Source: a virus
Lineage: Duplodnaviria > Caudoviricetes
Strand: one strand, 5' to 3'
Length of the DNA: 64,000 bases
IMG/VR virus record: IMGVR_UViG_3300005529_000010
Location: 827-64,826 of that record
Within the stretch, counting starts at the first letter, position 1. Each line of letters opens with the position of its first letter. Below are positions 9,021 through 19,100 of the stretch, one piece after another. Under the pieces are notes generated by a model, which was not told the origin of the DNA, ran no database searches, and saw only the letters and a program-made list of their open reading frames with translations. The translations under genes and the position numbers were made by a program.

Positions 9021-9026
9021 GCCGAT

Positions 9027-9485
9027 TTACTTATAGAGGAAATTCACAAGAAACGTGGTGGCCGCAGGGGCGCCCGTATCATTATCGGCGTAGCCCGTCG
9101 TCACGCAGGCCGTGATAGCCGTGGTGAATGTCACCCCCAAACCTGTCATCGAGACATAGCCGGCGCCGAGGCTTGATGCGTTCGCGGGAATCAACCCGCG
9201 CCACTTCGGCGTTCCGCTCCCACAGGTCGTCGACCCCTGTGAGGCATCATAGATCTTGATGTACGCCATCGTGGCGCCGTTGTTGAAGGTCTCAACGCCG
9301 TAAAGCTGACCAGGGCTCGCATCGACAGCGACAGACGTTGTGTTGTTTGCCACCTGCAGGCTTTTGACGCTGAGTCCGGTCGTCGTGCCCGGGATCGGCT
9401 GAACCTGATTGCCGAGATACGAAGCGGTGGCCGGGTGGGCCAGAAAAAGGAGCGCAAGGAGCGCGATCAGAATCTTCGTTTTCAT
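9027..9485 (-). CDS. Signal-peptide beta-rich virion-associated protein
   Basis: MKTKILIALLALLFLAHPATA; ASPGQLYG..N..YIKIYD..GVTFTTAI pattern. Confidence 0.7.
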   Translation of the reverse strand: MKTKILIALLALLFLAHPATASYLGNQVQPIPGTTTGLSVKSLQVANNTTSVAVDASPGQLYGVETFNNGATMAYIKIYDASQGSTTCGSGTPKWRGLIPANASSLGAGYVSMTGLGVTFTTAITACVTTGYADNDTGAPAATTFLVNFLYK

Positions 9486-10729
9486 CAGTTCACACTCCAC
9501 TCAGTGCCGTTGTAGATGACGTCGATCGCGGCGTAGGGGCTGTTGATCACCGCCGTTGCGCCGCCGTCGATCGTGCCGGCGGCCGGCGTCACGGTGATGT
9601 TGTTGGTTGCCGCGTCGCCCTTGCAGTCCTTGATTTTGTAGTAGAGGCCGGTCGCCGGAGAGGACGGTAGGTTGACCGTCGTCGCCGCGCCGACCGTTTT
9701 GTTGATGCAGACGAAAAAATCCGTCGTCGCCGAAACCGTCACGGCGCCCGCCGCCGTCACGACACGCGTCGGCACCGATAGGCTGCCGGTGAACGTCGTC
9801 GTGCCGGAGTGCGAGACGTTGCCGGTGAAGGTCGACGTACCGGAATAGGTGTTGTTGCCGTTCAGCAGCGGGATCGTCGCGCCAGACGTGCCAGTGTTCT
9901 GCGTCGCGGCCGTGCCAAACGACACTCCGTTCGTCTTCGTGACGGTGAGCGCGCCAGTGCCGGTGTTCAGCGTGCCGTCGCCGCCAACCGTGAACCCACC
10001 GAACGCGCCAGCATTGTTGTACTGCACCTGCCCGGACGAACCGCCAGGCGTGCCGCCGCCACCGCCGCACGTCGAACCGTTGTCGATGAAATTGCCGCTC
10101 GCATCGATCTTCACGCAGTCGTTCGTGGTCAGCGATCCGGTCGTGGTGACGAACGTCGTGGTGTTGCCCGATCGCGTGCCAACCGAGGGGGCAACGCCGG
10201 CGCCGCCGCCGATCACCGGAGCGTTGGCTGTGAGCGCGGCCGACGAAGCCAATGTGCTCGCGCCAGAAAAATAGGGGATGCCGCCGCTGGTGCCGCTCGC
10301 CGTGACCGCTAGCGTGCCGGATGTCGTGATCGGGCTGCCGCCAACCGAGAAGATCCCGGGCATCGTCAGCGCGACCGACGTCACCGTGCCGCTGCCACCG
10401 CCGGCGCCGCAATCGCTACCGGTGCCTGAGAGGACACCCGACGTGTTGACGTGCAGACATTGCGTCGAGCCGGTGATGCCCGAGAACGTCGTACCGCCGA
10501 GCGTCACGCCACCGCTAAAGATGTTCGTGCCCGTGAAGGTGCTGTTGCTGCCCTGCAGCAGATTTGCGATGGCCTGCGTCGTGGTTTTCACCGCCGGATT
10601 GGCGGTCTGAAAGATCGGCACGCTTTCGGTGCCGGTGAGCGACGATGCCGATCCGAGCGCGTTGATCGTGGAGTCCGCAAAGGCGGGCCCGGCGATCAAC
10701 ATCAGAAGCGCGACAAGTATCTTTTTCAT
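9485..10729 (-). CDS. Tail-fibre-like protein with signal peptide
   Basis: MKKILVALLMLIAGPAFA followed by fibre-type N-terminal motif INAL..ASSLTGTESVP..Q..KTT; Gly/Thr repeats; C-terminal TVNLP..IKD..G.AATNNIT..IDG module. Confidence 0.75.
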   Translation of the reverse strand: MKKILVALLMLIAGPAFADSTINALGSASSLTGTESVPIFQTANPAVKTTTQAIANLLQGSNSTFTGTNIFSGGVTLGGTTFSGITGSTQCLHVNTSGVLSGTGSDCGAGGGSGTVTSVALTMPGIFSVGGSPITTSGTLAVTASGTSGGIPYFSGASTLASSAALTANAPVIGGGAGVAPSVGTRSGNTTTFVTTTGSLTTNDCVKIDASGNFIDNGSTCGGGGGTPGGSSGQVQYNNAGAFGGFTVGGDGTLNTGTGALTVTKTNGVSFGTAATQNTGTSGATIPLLNGNNTYSGTSTFTGNVSHSGTTTFTGSLSVPTRVVTAAGAVTVSATTDFFVCINKTVGAATTVNLPSSPATGLYYKIKDCKGDAATNNITVTPAAGTIDGGATAVINSPYAAIDVIYNGTEWSVN

Positions 10730-10741
10730 ATATGCGGCCCC

Positions 10742-11029
10742 TTACTGGACAAGCATCTTGACGCCGGTGTTCACCAGCAGCGCGGAGCCGGTATCCACGA
10801 GCAGGACCGACGTGCCGCAGGCGCCGGCCTGCACAAGCATGTTGATCCCGGTGTTCACGAGCAGGTTGACCCCGGTGTTCACCAGCAGGACCGAGGCCGG
10901 AGAGCAGGTGCCGGCTGTGCGCGGGCCGCCGCCAACTTCGGGCAGCAAAAAGACGCTCTGTCCGATCGCGCCCTGAGACACGACCAGGGCGGCGACGATC
11001 AGCAGCAGAACGGCGGCGATACCCTTCAT
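10742..11029 (-). CDS. Small signal-peptide protein with LLVNTG repeats
   Basis: Hydrophobic N-terminus; two copies of SVLLV(N/D)TG..LLVNTG..MLVQ. Confidence 0.7.
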   Translation of the reverse strand: MKGIAAVLLLIVAALVVSQGAIGQSVFLLPEVGGGPRTAGTCSPASVLLVNTGVNLLVNTGINMLVQAGACGTSVLLVDTGSALLVNTGVKMLVQ

Positions 11030-14000
11030 CGCGCCCTCGCCGACCTTTTGTGTTCGAGGAGATCGAGCCGCCGCTTGAGTTCGGCGTTCTCGGCCGAGAG
11101 CTGCTGGACGGATTTGATCAGCGGCCCGATCAGCTCGTCATAGGCCAGGCCATAGCGCTCATGGTCGTTGGCCGGCTTGTGCAGCCCGCCAAAATCTTCG
11201 CCGTCGAGCGCCGCGTCGAGCTGCTGTGCGATCAGCCCATAATGGCGGTGATGATCTTCACCTGTCCGCCACTGGAAGGAGACCGGGTTCAGTTTGTTGA
11301 TAAAGGCGAGCCCGAGGTCGTCCGGCTGAATGTTTGTTTTGTCGCGACGATCCGACGTCTGGATCGTTCCGTTGACCGCCCACACGTCGATCCACCGATC
11401 GCCAGTGTTGCCGAGATGAGTTGCGTTGTCCGTTGTCGGCCCGAGCGTTGGCGTGTTGACGCCGACTGAGAACGAGCCCTTGAGCAACAGCGTCGTGCTG
11501 CCGGAGCTGCTGACCTGCGCGTTCGTGGCGCCGCCGAAATTGAGCGCGCCGCCGCCGGCAATCCACGCGTTGGCCCATTCCAGAGACGACGTGCCCAAGT
11601 CGTAAGTGTTGTCGGCGTTGGGCTCGATCGTCATGCCGGTTGCGAACTTCAAAGCCGCGCCGGTCAGCGTGACGGTCGAACCGTTGCCCGACAAAACCGC
11701 CGTGGCGCCGAGATCGATGTTGCCGTTGTTCGGCAGGGCCAGCCCGGGCGACCCATTTGCGGTGATCGTGCCCGAGAAGGTCGGGTTGCTGACGACGTTC
11801 AGCGTGCCGCTCCCGGTGATCGGGCTGCTCGGCGAGGCCGAGAGATTCGTGCCCGCCGCGATCGACGTCACCGTTCCACTGCCCGCCGAAGTCCACGACG
11901 GATCAGCGCTCGCGCCATTGCTGGTGAGCACTTGCCCGGCGGTCCCAGGGGCGAGCCAGGTCGGCGCCGGGTGGGCATAGAGGATGGCACCTTGCGAGCC
12001 AGGCGCGAGCTGGCTCCAGCCACCGACCGTCCGCTCGGCAATACCGCCGACGGTGCTGCCGAGGTCGTGATCGAGGACGCCGCCGATACCGGCCAAGCTC
12101 TGCATCGTCGGGGCCGCAGAGCCACCGCTGATATTGGCGAGCACCGTCGCGTCAGAGGCCGAGGCCATGGAAACGGTGACCGCGCCAGTGGTCGGGCTCG
12201 CCGACACGGCGCCGGAGCCGGTGACAGACGAGACGGCGCCACCAGATCCGCACGCGCTGCCCGTTCCGGAGAGAACGCCAGAGCTGTTCGCCTGCACGCA
12301 CTGTGTGGAGCCGGTGATGTTGGTCGTGAGGTTGCCCGACAGCGTCTCGGTGACGGTGCGGACGTCCGAATACCGCAGCAGGTTTGTGCCGAGCGAGATC
12401 GTGTTGTCATTCACCGGATTGAGCGGCGCCTCGGCCAGGAGCTGCGTCGCGTTGATGCCGAGCTGGCGCGCGCCCAAATTGGCCCCGTCGCAGATCGTCG
12501 ACCAACAAAGCTGATCGGCTGCCCCGAGGGCGATGTTCGCGTTGAACGTGTTCACGCCGCTCCAGGTATTTGTGCCGTTCAGGAGCGGAATGTTGGCGCC
12601 GGAGGTCCCCGTATTGTCGAAAGCAGCCGTCCCGAAAGCCGTGCCGTTCGACTTCGTGCAGACGATCACGCCGACAGTGATCGTGCAGTCACCGCTCATG
12701 GTGAAGCCGCCGAAAACGCCGCCGTTATTGTACTGAATTTGCCCGCTGCTGCCGCCAGGCGTTGAGCCCGAGCCGCCGCACACCGCGCCCGTCCCGGAGA
12801 TCACGCCGGACGAGTTCACCTGCAGACACTGTGCCGTGCCGGTGATTCCCGTGGTGATGTTGCCGCTGAACGTCGCGGTGTTGACGTGAAAATCGGACCA
12901 ACGAAGCGCGTTCGTCCCGAGCGTGAGCGTGTTGTCATTGACCGGGTTAAGGGCCGATTCGGCAAGAACCTGAGTGCTGCCGATGCCGAGCTGCCGCGCG
13001 CCGAGCGCCGCACCGTCACAGATCGTCAGCCAGCACGCTTGCTGACCGGAGCCGAAAGCGATGCCGGCATTGGCGGTGATCAGGCCCGAGAACGTTGGGT
13101 TGTTGACCACCGCGATCGTGCCGGTCCCGGTGATCGGATTCGGCGTCGCGGTGATGTTCGTGCTCTGGCTGATCGAGGTGATACCGCCACCGCCACCGCC
13201 GCCCTGGTTGCAGCCGATCAGCGTCATCGACTCGCCTTGGATGCCAGAGCAAAAGGCGAGGTTGGCGTTGCTGCCGATGACGATGCCGCCGACGTTATTG
13301 CTGCTGACGTCGACACCCTGGAACGTCAGCCCTGTTCCATTGAGCGCGCCGATCCCGTACGCCTGCGTCGTGGCGCCGGTGCGATTGGCGTAGCTGCCTC
13401 CCGTGATCAGACCGGTCAGAGTCGTGCCGATCGACAGACCATGATAGGTCGCGCCCGGCGTGGATTGGCCGTTCAGCTCGGAAATGTTCGCATTGGCTTC
13501 GAGGAAATTGAGCGCGCCGGACTGGATCGCGATGCCGTCTTTGGAGGCGCCCTCGATCACGTTCTGAACGAGCGAGAGCTTGTCGTTCTGGCCGGTGACG
13601 TTGATGCCGTTGCCAACGTGGGAGGCCGCCGTCGCTTGCGCGCGGCCGGTCGCGATGACCCCCTCAGAGCCCATCTGTGTGCTCGAAATCAGAATCGGCA
13701 GTTGGCCATAGCTGCTGATCTGGATCGAGTCGTTGCCGTCGCCGTTCAGGATGCCGTTGACGAGCTGGAAATTCTCGATCGCCTTGCCGGTCGATCCTGC
13801 GACCTGAATGCCGCCGCCGCTATTGGCGAATGTCGAGATGTTGTACCAGGGCAGCAGGTAGGACGGCCCGGTGAAATTGGTCGTGACCTGAACGCCCCAG
13901 CCATTATTGAACTGCGCGATGGAGTTCTGAAAATTCCATTGCATCGAACCCGAAAAGAACAGGTTCGTCATCAGGAAGCCGGCGTTGAAATTGCTGTCGG

Positions 14001-14988
14001 CTTCGAGACCGGAGGCGAACGACCAGGCGGACGGCCCCAGCAAAAACCCGTTGTACTGGTTGCGCGCCTTGAGGTCATAGAGCGTGAACTGATTGGTCAC
14101 GCCCGCCATCGACAGGCCGATGGCGCCCGAAGTCGCGGGCGAGCCCGAGCGGTCGAACGTGATGCCCTGAATCAAGCCGTTGGTCGCGGCGTTGTTCAGC
14201 AGCACGTTGTTGGTGCCGGTCGCTTTGAGGGTCACAAGCGCGCTGCCGGCGCCGACGATCGTCGTGTTCGTGCAGGAGCCCGTCGTGAGGTTGCCGGCCA
14301 CCTTGTACGTCCCGGGCGGGAGGTAAGCGGCGCACGTCGCAAGCGCGGTGTTGATCGGCGTCGTGCTGTCGGCGGCGCCGGTCGGATCGGCGCCCTCGGC
14401 GATCACGTTGTCCAGCGTCGACATCAGCGTGTTGATTTGCTCGGGCGTCATTGCCGCCGCCGGCGCCGTCACGCCGGAGATGTTGCCCAGCATCGTGTCG
14501 TTGGGGATCGATATGCTGCCGCCGCTGCCGCACGCCGCGCCCGCGTCGCCGATCGAGGAGGCGCCGGTCCAGGTCGCGCAGTGGCCGCTGGTCGGGGTGC
14601 CCGTGACGGTCACCAGCCCCGTGGTCGAGCCGCTGAGCGAAAGGACGGTGTTCCCGTCGACAACGATGTTCAGCGGCTCGGACGGCGCTCCGCCGAGCGC
14701 TTCAAGATCAAGGGTCGCGCCGCCGTTGGTCGTGGCGCCGATGCACAGCTCTTGATACGGGCCGGAGATCGGCCCGGAGTTGACGCAGATCGCCTTGCCG
14801 CCGTTTTTTGTGACCCCGAATTCGGTGGCGGCGCCGGCGGTCGCGGGCCCAGCGTCCATCAGCACGCCATCGGTGGCCCACATCCCGACATGACCGGGCG
14901 TCACATTGCCGGATTGAACGATGTATCCGGCTTCCGCCTCAAGCGAAAAAGAAATCGCAGCGATTAAGGCGACGAGCCACTTTTTCAT
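11026..14988 (-). CDS. Tailspike/fibre with beta-helix and C-terminal peptidase S74 intramolecular chaperone; N-terminal signal peptide
   Basis: MKKWLVALIAAISFSLEAEA; GADPTGAADST..YLPPGTY (pectate_lyase_3-like start); TSDRRDKTNI..LNPVSFQW..GLIAQ..Y.ELIGPLIKSVQQL. Confidence 0.85.
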   Translation of the reverse strand: MKKWLVALIAAISFSLEAEAGYIVQSGNVTPGHVGMWATDGVLMDAGPATAGAATEFGVTKNGGKAICVNSGPISGPYQELCIGATTNGGATLDLEALGGAPSEPLNIVVDGNTVLSLSGSTTGLVTVTGTPTSGHCATWTGASSIGDAGAACGSGGSISIPNDTMLGNISGVTAPAAAMTPEQINTLMSTLDNVIAEGADPTGAADSTTPINTALATCAAYLPPGTYKVAGNLTTGSCTNTTIVGAGSALVTLKATGTNNVLLNNAATNGLIQGITFDRSGSPATSGAIGLSMAGVTNQFTLYDLKARNQYNGFLLGPSAWSFASGLEADSNFNAGFLMTNLFFSGSMQWNFQNSIAQFNNGWGVQVTTNFTGPSYLLPWYNISTFANSGGGIQVAGSTGKAIENFQLVNGILNGDGNDSIQISSYGQLPILISSTQMGSEGVIATGRAQATAASHVGNGINVTGQNDKLSLVQNVIEGASKDGIAIQSGALNFLEANANISELNGQSTPGATYHGLSIGTTLTGLITGGSYANRTGATTQAYGIGALNGTGLTFQGVDVSSNNVGGIVIGSNANLAFCSGIQGESMTLIGCNQGGGGGGGITSISQSTNITATPNPITGTGTIAVVNNPTFSGLITANAGIAFGSGQQACWLTICDGAALGARQLGIGSTQVLAESALNPVNDNTLTLGTNALRWSDFHVNTATFSGNITTGITGTAQCLQVNSSGVISGTGAVCGGSGSTPGGSSGQIQYNNGGVFGGFTMSGDCTITVGVIVCTKSNGTAFGTAAFDNTGTSGANIPLLNGTNTWSGVNTFNANIALGAADQLCWSTICDGANLGARQLGINATQLLAEAPLNPVNDNTISLGTNLLRYSDVRTVTETLSGNLTTNITGSTQCVQANSSGVLSGTGSACGSGGAVSSVTGSGAVSASPTTGAVTVSMASASDATVLANISGGSAAPTMQSLAGIGGVLDHDLGSTVGGIAERTVGGWSQLAPGSQGAILYAHPAPTWLAPGTAGQVLTSNGASADPSWTSAGSGTVTSIAAGTNLSASPSSPITGSGTLNVVSNPTFSGTITANGSPGLALPNNGNIDLGATAVLSGNGSTVTLTGAALKFATGMTIEPNADNTYDLGTSSLEWANAWIAGGGALNFGGATNAQVSSSGSTTLLLKGSFSVGVNTPTLGPTTDNATHLGNTGDRWIDVWAVNGTIQTSDRRDKTNIQPDDLGLAFINKLNPVSFQWRTGEDHHRHYGLIAQQLDAALDGEDFGGLHKPANDHERYGLAYDELIGPLIKSVQQLSAENAELKRRLDLLEHKRSARAR

Positions 14989-15025
14989 GGCCCATCAAAT
15001 AATACCCTTGCTCAAATACTAGCAA

Positions 15026-15040
15026 AGGACATCTTGTCCG
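15026..15040. promoter_or_regulatory. Operator copy 3 (AGGACATCTTGTCCG)
   Basis: One mismatch; AT-rich gap directly upstream of the fibre cluster. Confidence 0.7.
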
Positions 15041-15072
15041 GACGGAATTACCCGTAATGTTTTTGATTTAAC

Positions 15073-15372
15073 TTATCGTCGTCTGAGCACGACGACGTTC
15101 ACCGCGAGCACGAATAGCCCGTACATCCCGAGCGATAGAAGCTGGTTCATGTCGGGGTCGGGCGTCGAAAGCCAGAGCCAAAACATCGAGCCGACCGTCA
15201 GCAGCGTGAACAGGCTTGCGAGGGCGACTAGCGCCCGCTGCGACAGGCTCTTGAGCGCCAGAGCGAAGAGCTGCGCCGCACGATCGTCTTGAGACGACTC
15301 CGACAGAGTCGAACCGTCGGCCATCTCCGGGGTCGCTTCACGCTCTGCGACCAACTCGAAAGGCTTTGCCAT
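15073..15372 (-). CDS. Two-TM membrane protein
   Basis: Two hydrophobic helices, basic C-terminus; GAGG RBS. Confidence 0.7.
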   Translation of the reverse strand: MAKPFELVAEREATPEMADGSTLSESSQDDRAAQLFALALKSLSQRALVALASLFTLLTVGSMFWLWLSTPDPDMNQLLSLGMYGLFVLAVNVVVLRRR

Positions 15373-15381
15373 GGCTGGACC

Positions 15382-15597
15382 TCATGCAACTTTCTGGATG
15401 CGTTTTTTCATAGCCGTAAATCCGCCGCCTGATCCTTCGTCGTCGCCGAGCTTGGCGTTCGCCTTACGCACCGCCGCGTCATAGCTCGCGAGGATGCGAA
15501 ACGCCTCAAGTCGTTGATCGAGCGTGATATCGGGTTTTTCGAGATCGGCGGCGATTTTGTTCGCCAGGTCCGCGAGGACGTCGCTGATATCGGCCAT
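15382..15597 (-). CDS. Small helical hypothetical protein
   Basis: 71-aa ORF packed against the next gene. Confidence 0.65.
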   Translation of the reverse strand: MADISDVLADLANKIAADLEKPDITLDQRLEAFRILASYDAAVRKANAKLGDDEGSGGGFTAMKKRIQKVA

Positions 15598-15623
15598 GGC
15601 CGGACTATACGCACACCCGCAAC

Positions 15624-15638
15624 CGGACAGCTAGTCCG
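15624..15638. promoter_or_regulatory. Operator copy 4 (CGGACAGCTAGTCCG)
   Basis: Extends to AACCGGAC-N5-GTCCGGTT; divergent intergenic region. Confidence 0.75.
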
Positions 15639-15646
15639 GTTTTGGT

Positions 15647-15675
15647 TTGACGACCGGAAGGAAATAAAATAAAAT
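15647..15675 (+). promoter_or_regulatory. Near-consensus sigma70 promoter
   Basis: TTGACG (15647-52), 17 bp, TAAAAT (15670-75). Confidence 0.7.
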
Positions 15676-15842
15676 ATTGTGAATTAACGTTGGGTATGGA
15701 GAGGGACGATGGATGGTCGAATTCCGGCGAAAGCCCTGCCGCTGGTCGCGGTGTTATTCATGTTCGCCTTAGTAGCCGTCGGCGGCGGGCTTTACATGCT
15801 CCTCGACGCGCTCGGATTTCAGATCGGCGTGATCGGCTGAAT

Positions 15843-15920
15843 ATGCGCATCGTCGCCGGCGTGGTGCTGCTGACGATCGTGTTGTTTTTCTTGGCCCTGG
15901 TGTTCGGCGTGGGAGGCTGA
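15843..15920 (+). CDS. 25-aa hydrophobic peptide
   Basis: MRIVAGVVLLTIVLFFLALVFGVGG; 3' part of ORF 15690..15920, true start uncertain. Confidence 0.4.
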   Translation: MRIVAGVVLLTIVLFFLALVFGVGG

Positions 15921-15921
15921 G

Positions 15922-16146
15922 ATGTACTGGAAATGGTCGGTTGGCACCGGATTTTTCGTGTTCCTCGCCACCTACGTCTATGCGATCTCGGCCTACGGGC
16001 TGTTGCTGGGCGGCGGCCTGGGGTGGTTTCCCGCGATCATCATCGCCGTGGTCGCCGGGGCCCTGTGGCCGGTCCTAGCTTTCGCGACCGTCATGGGCGC
16101 GCTGGTTACGGTGATCGTGACAATCCTGGCGATCCAGCCGCACTAA
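15922..16146 (+). CDS. Small multi-TM protein (moron, possible superinfection exclusion)
   Basis: GGAGG RBS; almost wholly hydrophobic; antisense to virion operon. Confidence 0.7.
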   Translation: MYWKWSVGTGFFVFLATYVYAISAYGLLLGGGLGWFPAIIIAVVAGALWPVLAFATVMGALVTVIVTILAIQPH

Positions 16147-19100
16147 CGGCCATATTGCTGTTTGGACCGGGTGCGCCAGTCTTCGGCCGGAGGTTTCTGT
16201 TCCCCTTGCTCTTGGTCGCCACCCGCGCTGTAGCTCGGGGTCAGCACCTGCCCGACGCCACCGCCGGCGCCGCCGGATTCCTGCAGGATGCGATTGAACT
16301 CCTGGCGCACCGTCTCCCGCTCCGCCGGCGCCCCATCGAGACCCTTCACCACCCATTTGATGAATGACGGGTGCGTGACCCCATAGGTCAGTGCCGCGTA
16401 GTATTTCGCGAGGATGAAGCGGCCGGCTGCATTGCCGCCTGGCAGGTGCGAGAGAAAGCTGATCGGACCGCTGGTGCCGAGCGTGCCCCAGGGGTGCAGC
16501 ACGCGGCTCGCGGCCGCCATGGAGCCGCCGGTGTCGCCGCTCACCTCACCCGCGCTGCCCAGCAAGAAATTCATATCCTTTGCCAGCGCCACGGCCTCAT
16601 CACGGGAGACGCCAGGGAACAGCAGCGCCTGCGTCTCCGGAGAGATCTTTTCACCGAACTCGGCCGCCAGATTTCCGGTCTTACCAAGCGGCCGCTGCAA
16701 CAGCCGCAGCGCTCCGGTCTGACGAAGCAGCGTGAACTCTGGTGACGTCTCGCCGAAGCGACGCGCGGCCGCCATCATGAGATCTGGCGATTTGAGAATC
16801 TTGTCTGCCGATCGGATGGCGAGCGCGGTTGGCTGCGTCAAGAAATTGAGCGCGTCACGGTTTCGCGACTGCTGCAGGGCCGCGCGGTTGCGCGCGAACT
16901 CCTTGTCCATCTTGGACAGCTCGGATGTCAGGTTGCCCAGCGGGTCGCGCTCGGCGAGTGTCTTCACCGCCGCTTCCGCGTCTTCCGCCCGCTTAAGAAA
17001 CGATGCGACGTCGTCGCCTGGCGTGTGCGCGATCGACAGCTTGCCCTCGATCATCATCACCCGCTGCGCCTGCTGCTGCAGCTTGCGCGCCGTGGCCGAA
17101 TCGTACGCCGCGTCAAATATGCCGCTCTGCACGCGATCGAGCACCTCACGCGCGAATGTCGCAGGATCGACTTGCCCCGGCACAAGAGTCTTAGCGGAAT
17201 CGAACATCGATTGGGTGTCGGCCGCCGTGACCGCGTTCCAAAGATTTTTGCCGACGATCTTTCGGATCTCGCGAATGCGCTCCGTCTGGTTCGGCTGCAA
17301 AATCATCTTGGCCAGCCCTTTGGGGTCGGCCGGCATGCCCGCGCGCAGCGCTTCGGTCATCCCGCGAATCGTCTCGTCACGGAAACGCGGCATGTTCTTG
17401 GCGTAATAGGCGTCCGCATGGTCGAGAATTTTAGCGGCGGCTTTCAGCTCGGGGTCTGCCTCGGCGTCATGCAGCACCGCATCGAGCTTGCCGGCAAAGA
17501 GCTTGTAAACGCCGTCCCGCTGCGATGGCGTGAGGTCGAACGGGTCGACATCTTGCCGGAACATGGACCGCAGACGCCGGAGCTGGCCGAACGTGGGCTG
17601 TGTCCCCGTCTTGTCGGGATCGCCGAGGGCTTCGAGCGCCTTCACGATATCCGGATGCTTCGCCTGGAACGGCTCGGGCAAACTTTCCCGCAGCGCCTTG
17701 GCGTCCTCGGTGAGCGCCGAGATATTGGGGTAGTGATCGCCAGCCGCCGCGTCGGCAGCGTCGTACATCTTGCCGGCGCGCGCCTTCACTGCACGGCTGA
17801 GTGTCTGCACCTTTTCCGCCGCCTGACGGAAAAGATCGCCCGGATTGCCGCCGCCTTTGACGGCCTGCACGAAGCCATCGACGTCAGCGCGGATCGCCTT
17901 GAATCCGTCATCGGTGATCTGCTGGGCCGCCTGCCGACTGCTGTCGGCCACCTTCACGAGCTGGTCGTGCGCGGCGGTGAGATCGGCCTGCGCTTCTTTC
18001 TGGCCGATGCCGAAGGCGCGCATGGTAGCTGCCTCGCGCGCGTGGCTCATGGCTTTATCCAGCTCGGCGTCTTCCTGCGCGATCGTCTCGTGGGCCCGGT
18101 CCATGAGGGCGCGGCCGGCCTTTTCGCTCGACGGCGGCGCCGTGGCGCCGGTCAGCGTCTCGCCGGCCGGACGCTCCACGCCCAGCTCGGACAGAATTCG
18201 GCTGCCTTCGCGCTCGTAATATTGCTCGGCCGACGTTTTGAGCACGTTCTGCTTGCGGAACGCAGGGTCGAATTGCTCGACCGCTTTGTGGATATACGGG
18301 GCTTCTGGCGCCCAAGCCGACGGCGGGACCTTCACGCCACGCTCGGCCAACCTCAAAGCCTCGCGCGCGGCGTCGGGCGTCTGGCTGGCCCCGAGGTAAT
18401 CGGCAATAACGCTGGGTCCTTGTTCGGTGACGCGCCGAATGCCGGCCTTGACCGAGGGGATCGCCGCAGTCACCACGCGCCCGGCTCCCTCACCGACCGC
18501 CGATCCGGCGGCGGTTACCGCGAGGTTGCCGGCCTCCTGGCCGACCGAGCGGTCGTAAATGCCCGCCAGCTTGAGCACCAGGTCATTGAAAGCCTGGCCG
18601 CCTGCACCGCCTGCACCAGCGCCGCCAGCCGCGCCAGCGATCACGCCGGCGGGCCCACCGGCGGTGCCGAGAACGCCGCCGCCGATCCCGCCGAGCACAG
18701 CGCCAGCCGTGGGCGCCGCCTCTGACGCGACGAAGCCGCCGAGGGTGGCCAGCTTTCCGTGCCCGGGCTTGTAGCGCTTGCCATCTTTTTCGACGTAGAG
18801 ATCGCCCGCCGGGTCTTCCTTGACGTTGGCGGCCCCATAGCCGGCGGCCAGCGCCTTGCGCCGCTCTTTGGGATTGAGCGACATGTCGTAAAGCGTCTGG
18901 GTTGTCAGATCGACGCCCTCGTACGTCGGCTTGAGGCGCACCTTCCCCTCGGGGTCGGTGTAATGGCTCCCTTCCGGCACGGCTTCATAGCTCTTCGCGT
19001 CAGTGACGGTGTACGCTTTGCGCCGCTTCTGGCCTTCGGGATCGAGATATTCCGCGCCCGCCTGGAGAGCGTCATATCCCGCCTGGTCAGCGATTTTGGG

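Noticed and set aside
12886-14967. Long plus-strand ORFs opposite real genes (e.g. 12886..14967, 17025..18725, 24340..25839, 31531..33345, 34151..35659)
   Set aside because: Antisense shadows caused by high-GC codon bias; Arg/Gly-rich with no motifs, while the minus strand carries recognisable genes
9485-14988. Fibre repeats as template/variable repeats of a diversity-generating retroelement
   Set aside because: No reverse transcriptase; both copies are coding and differences are not adenine-specific
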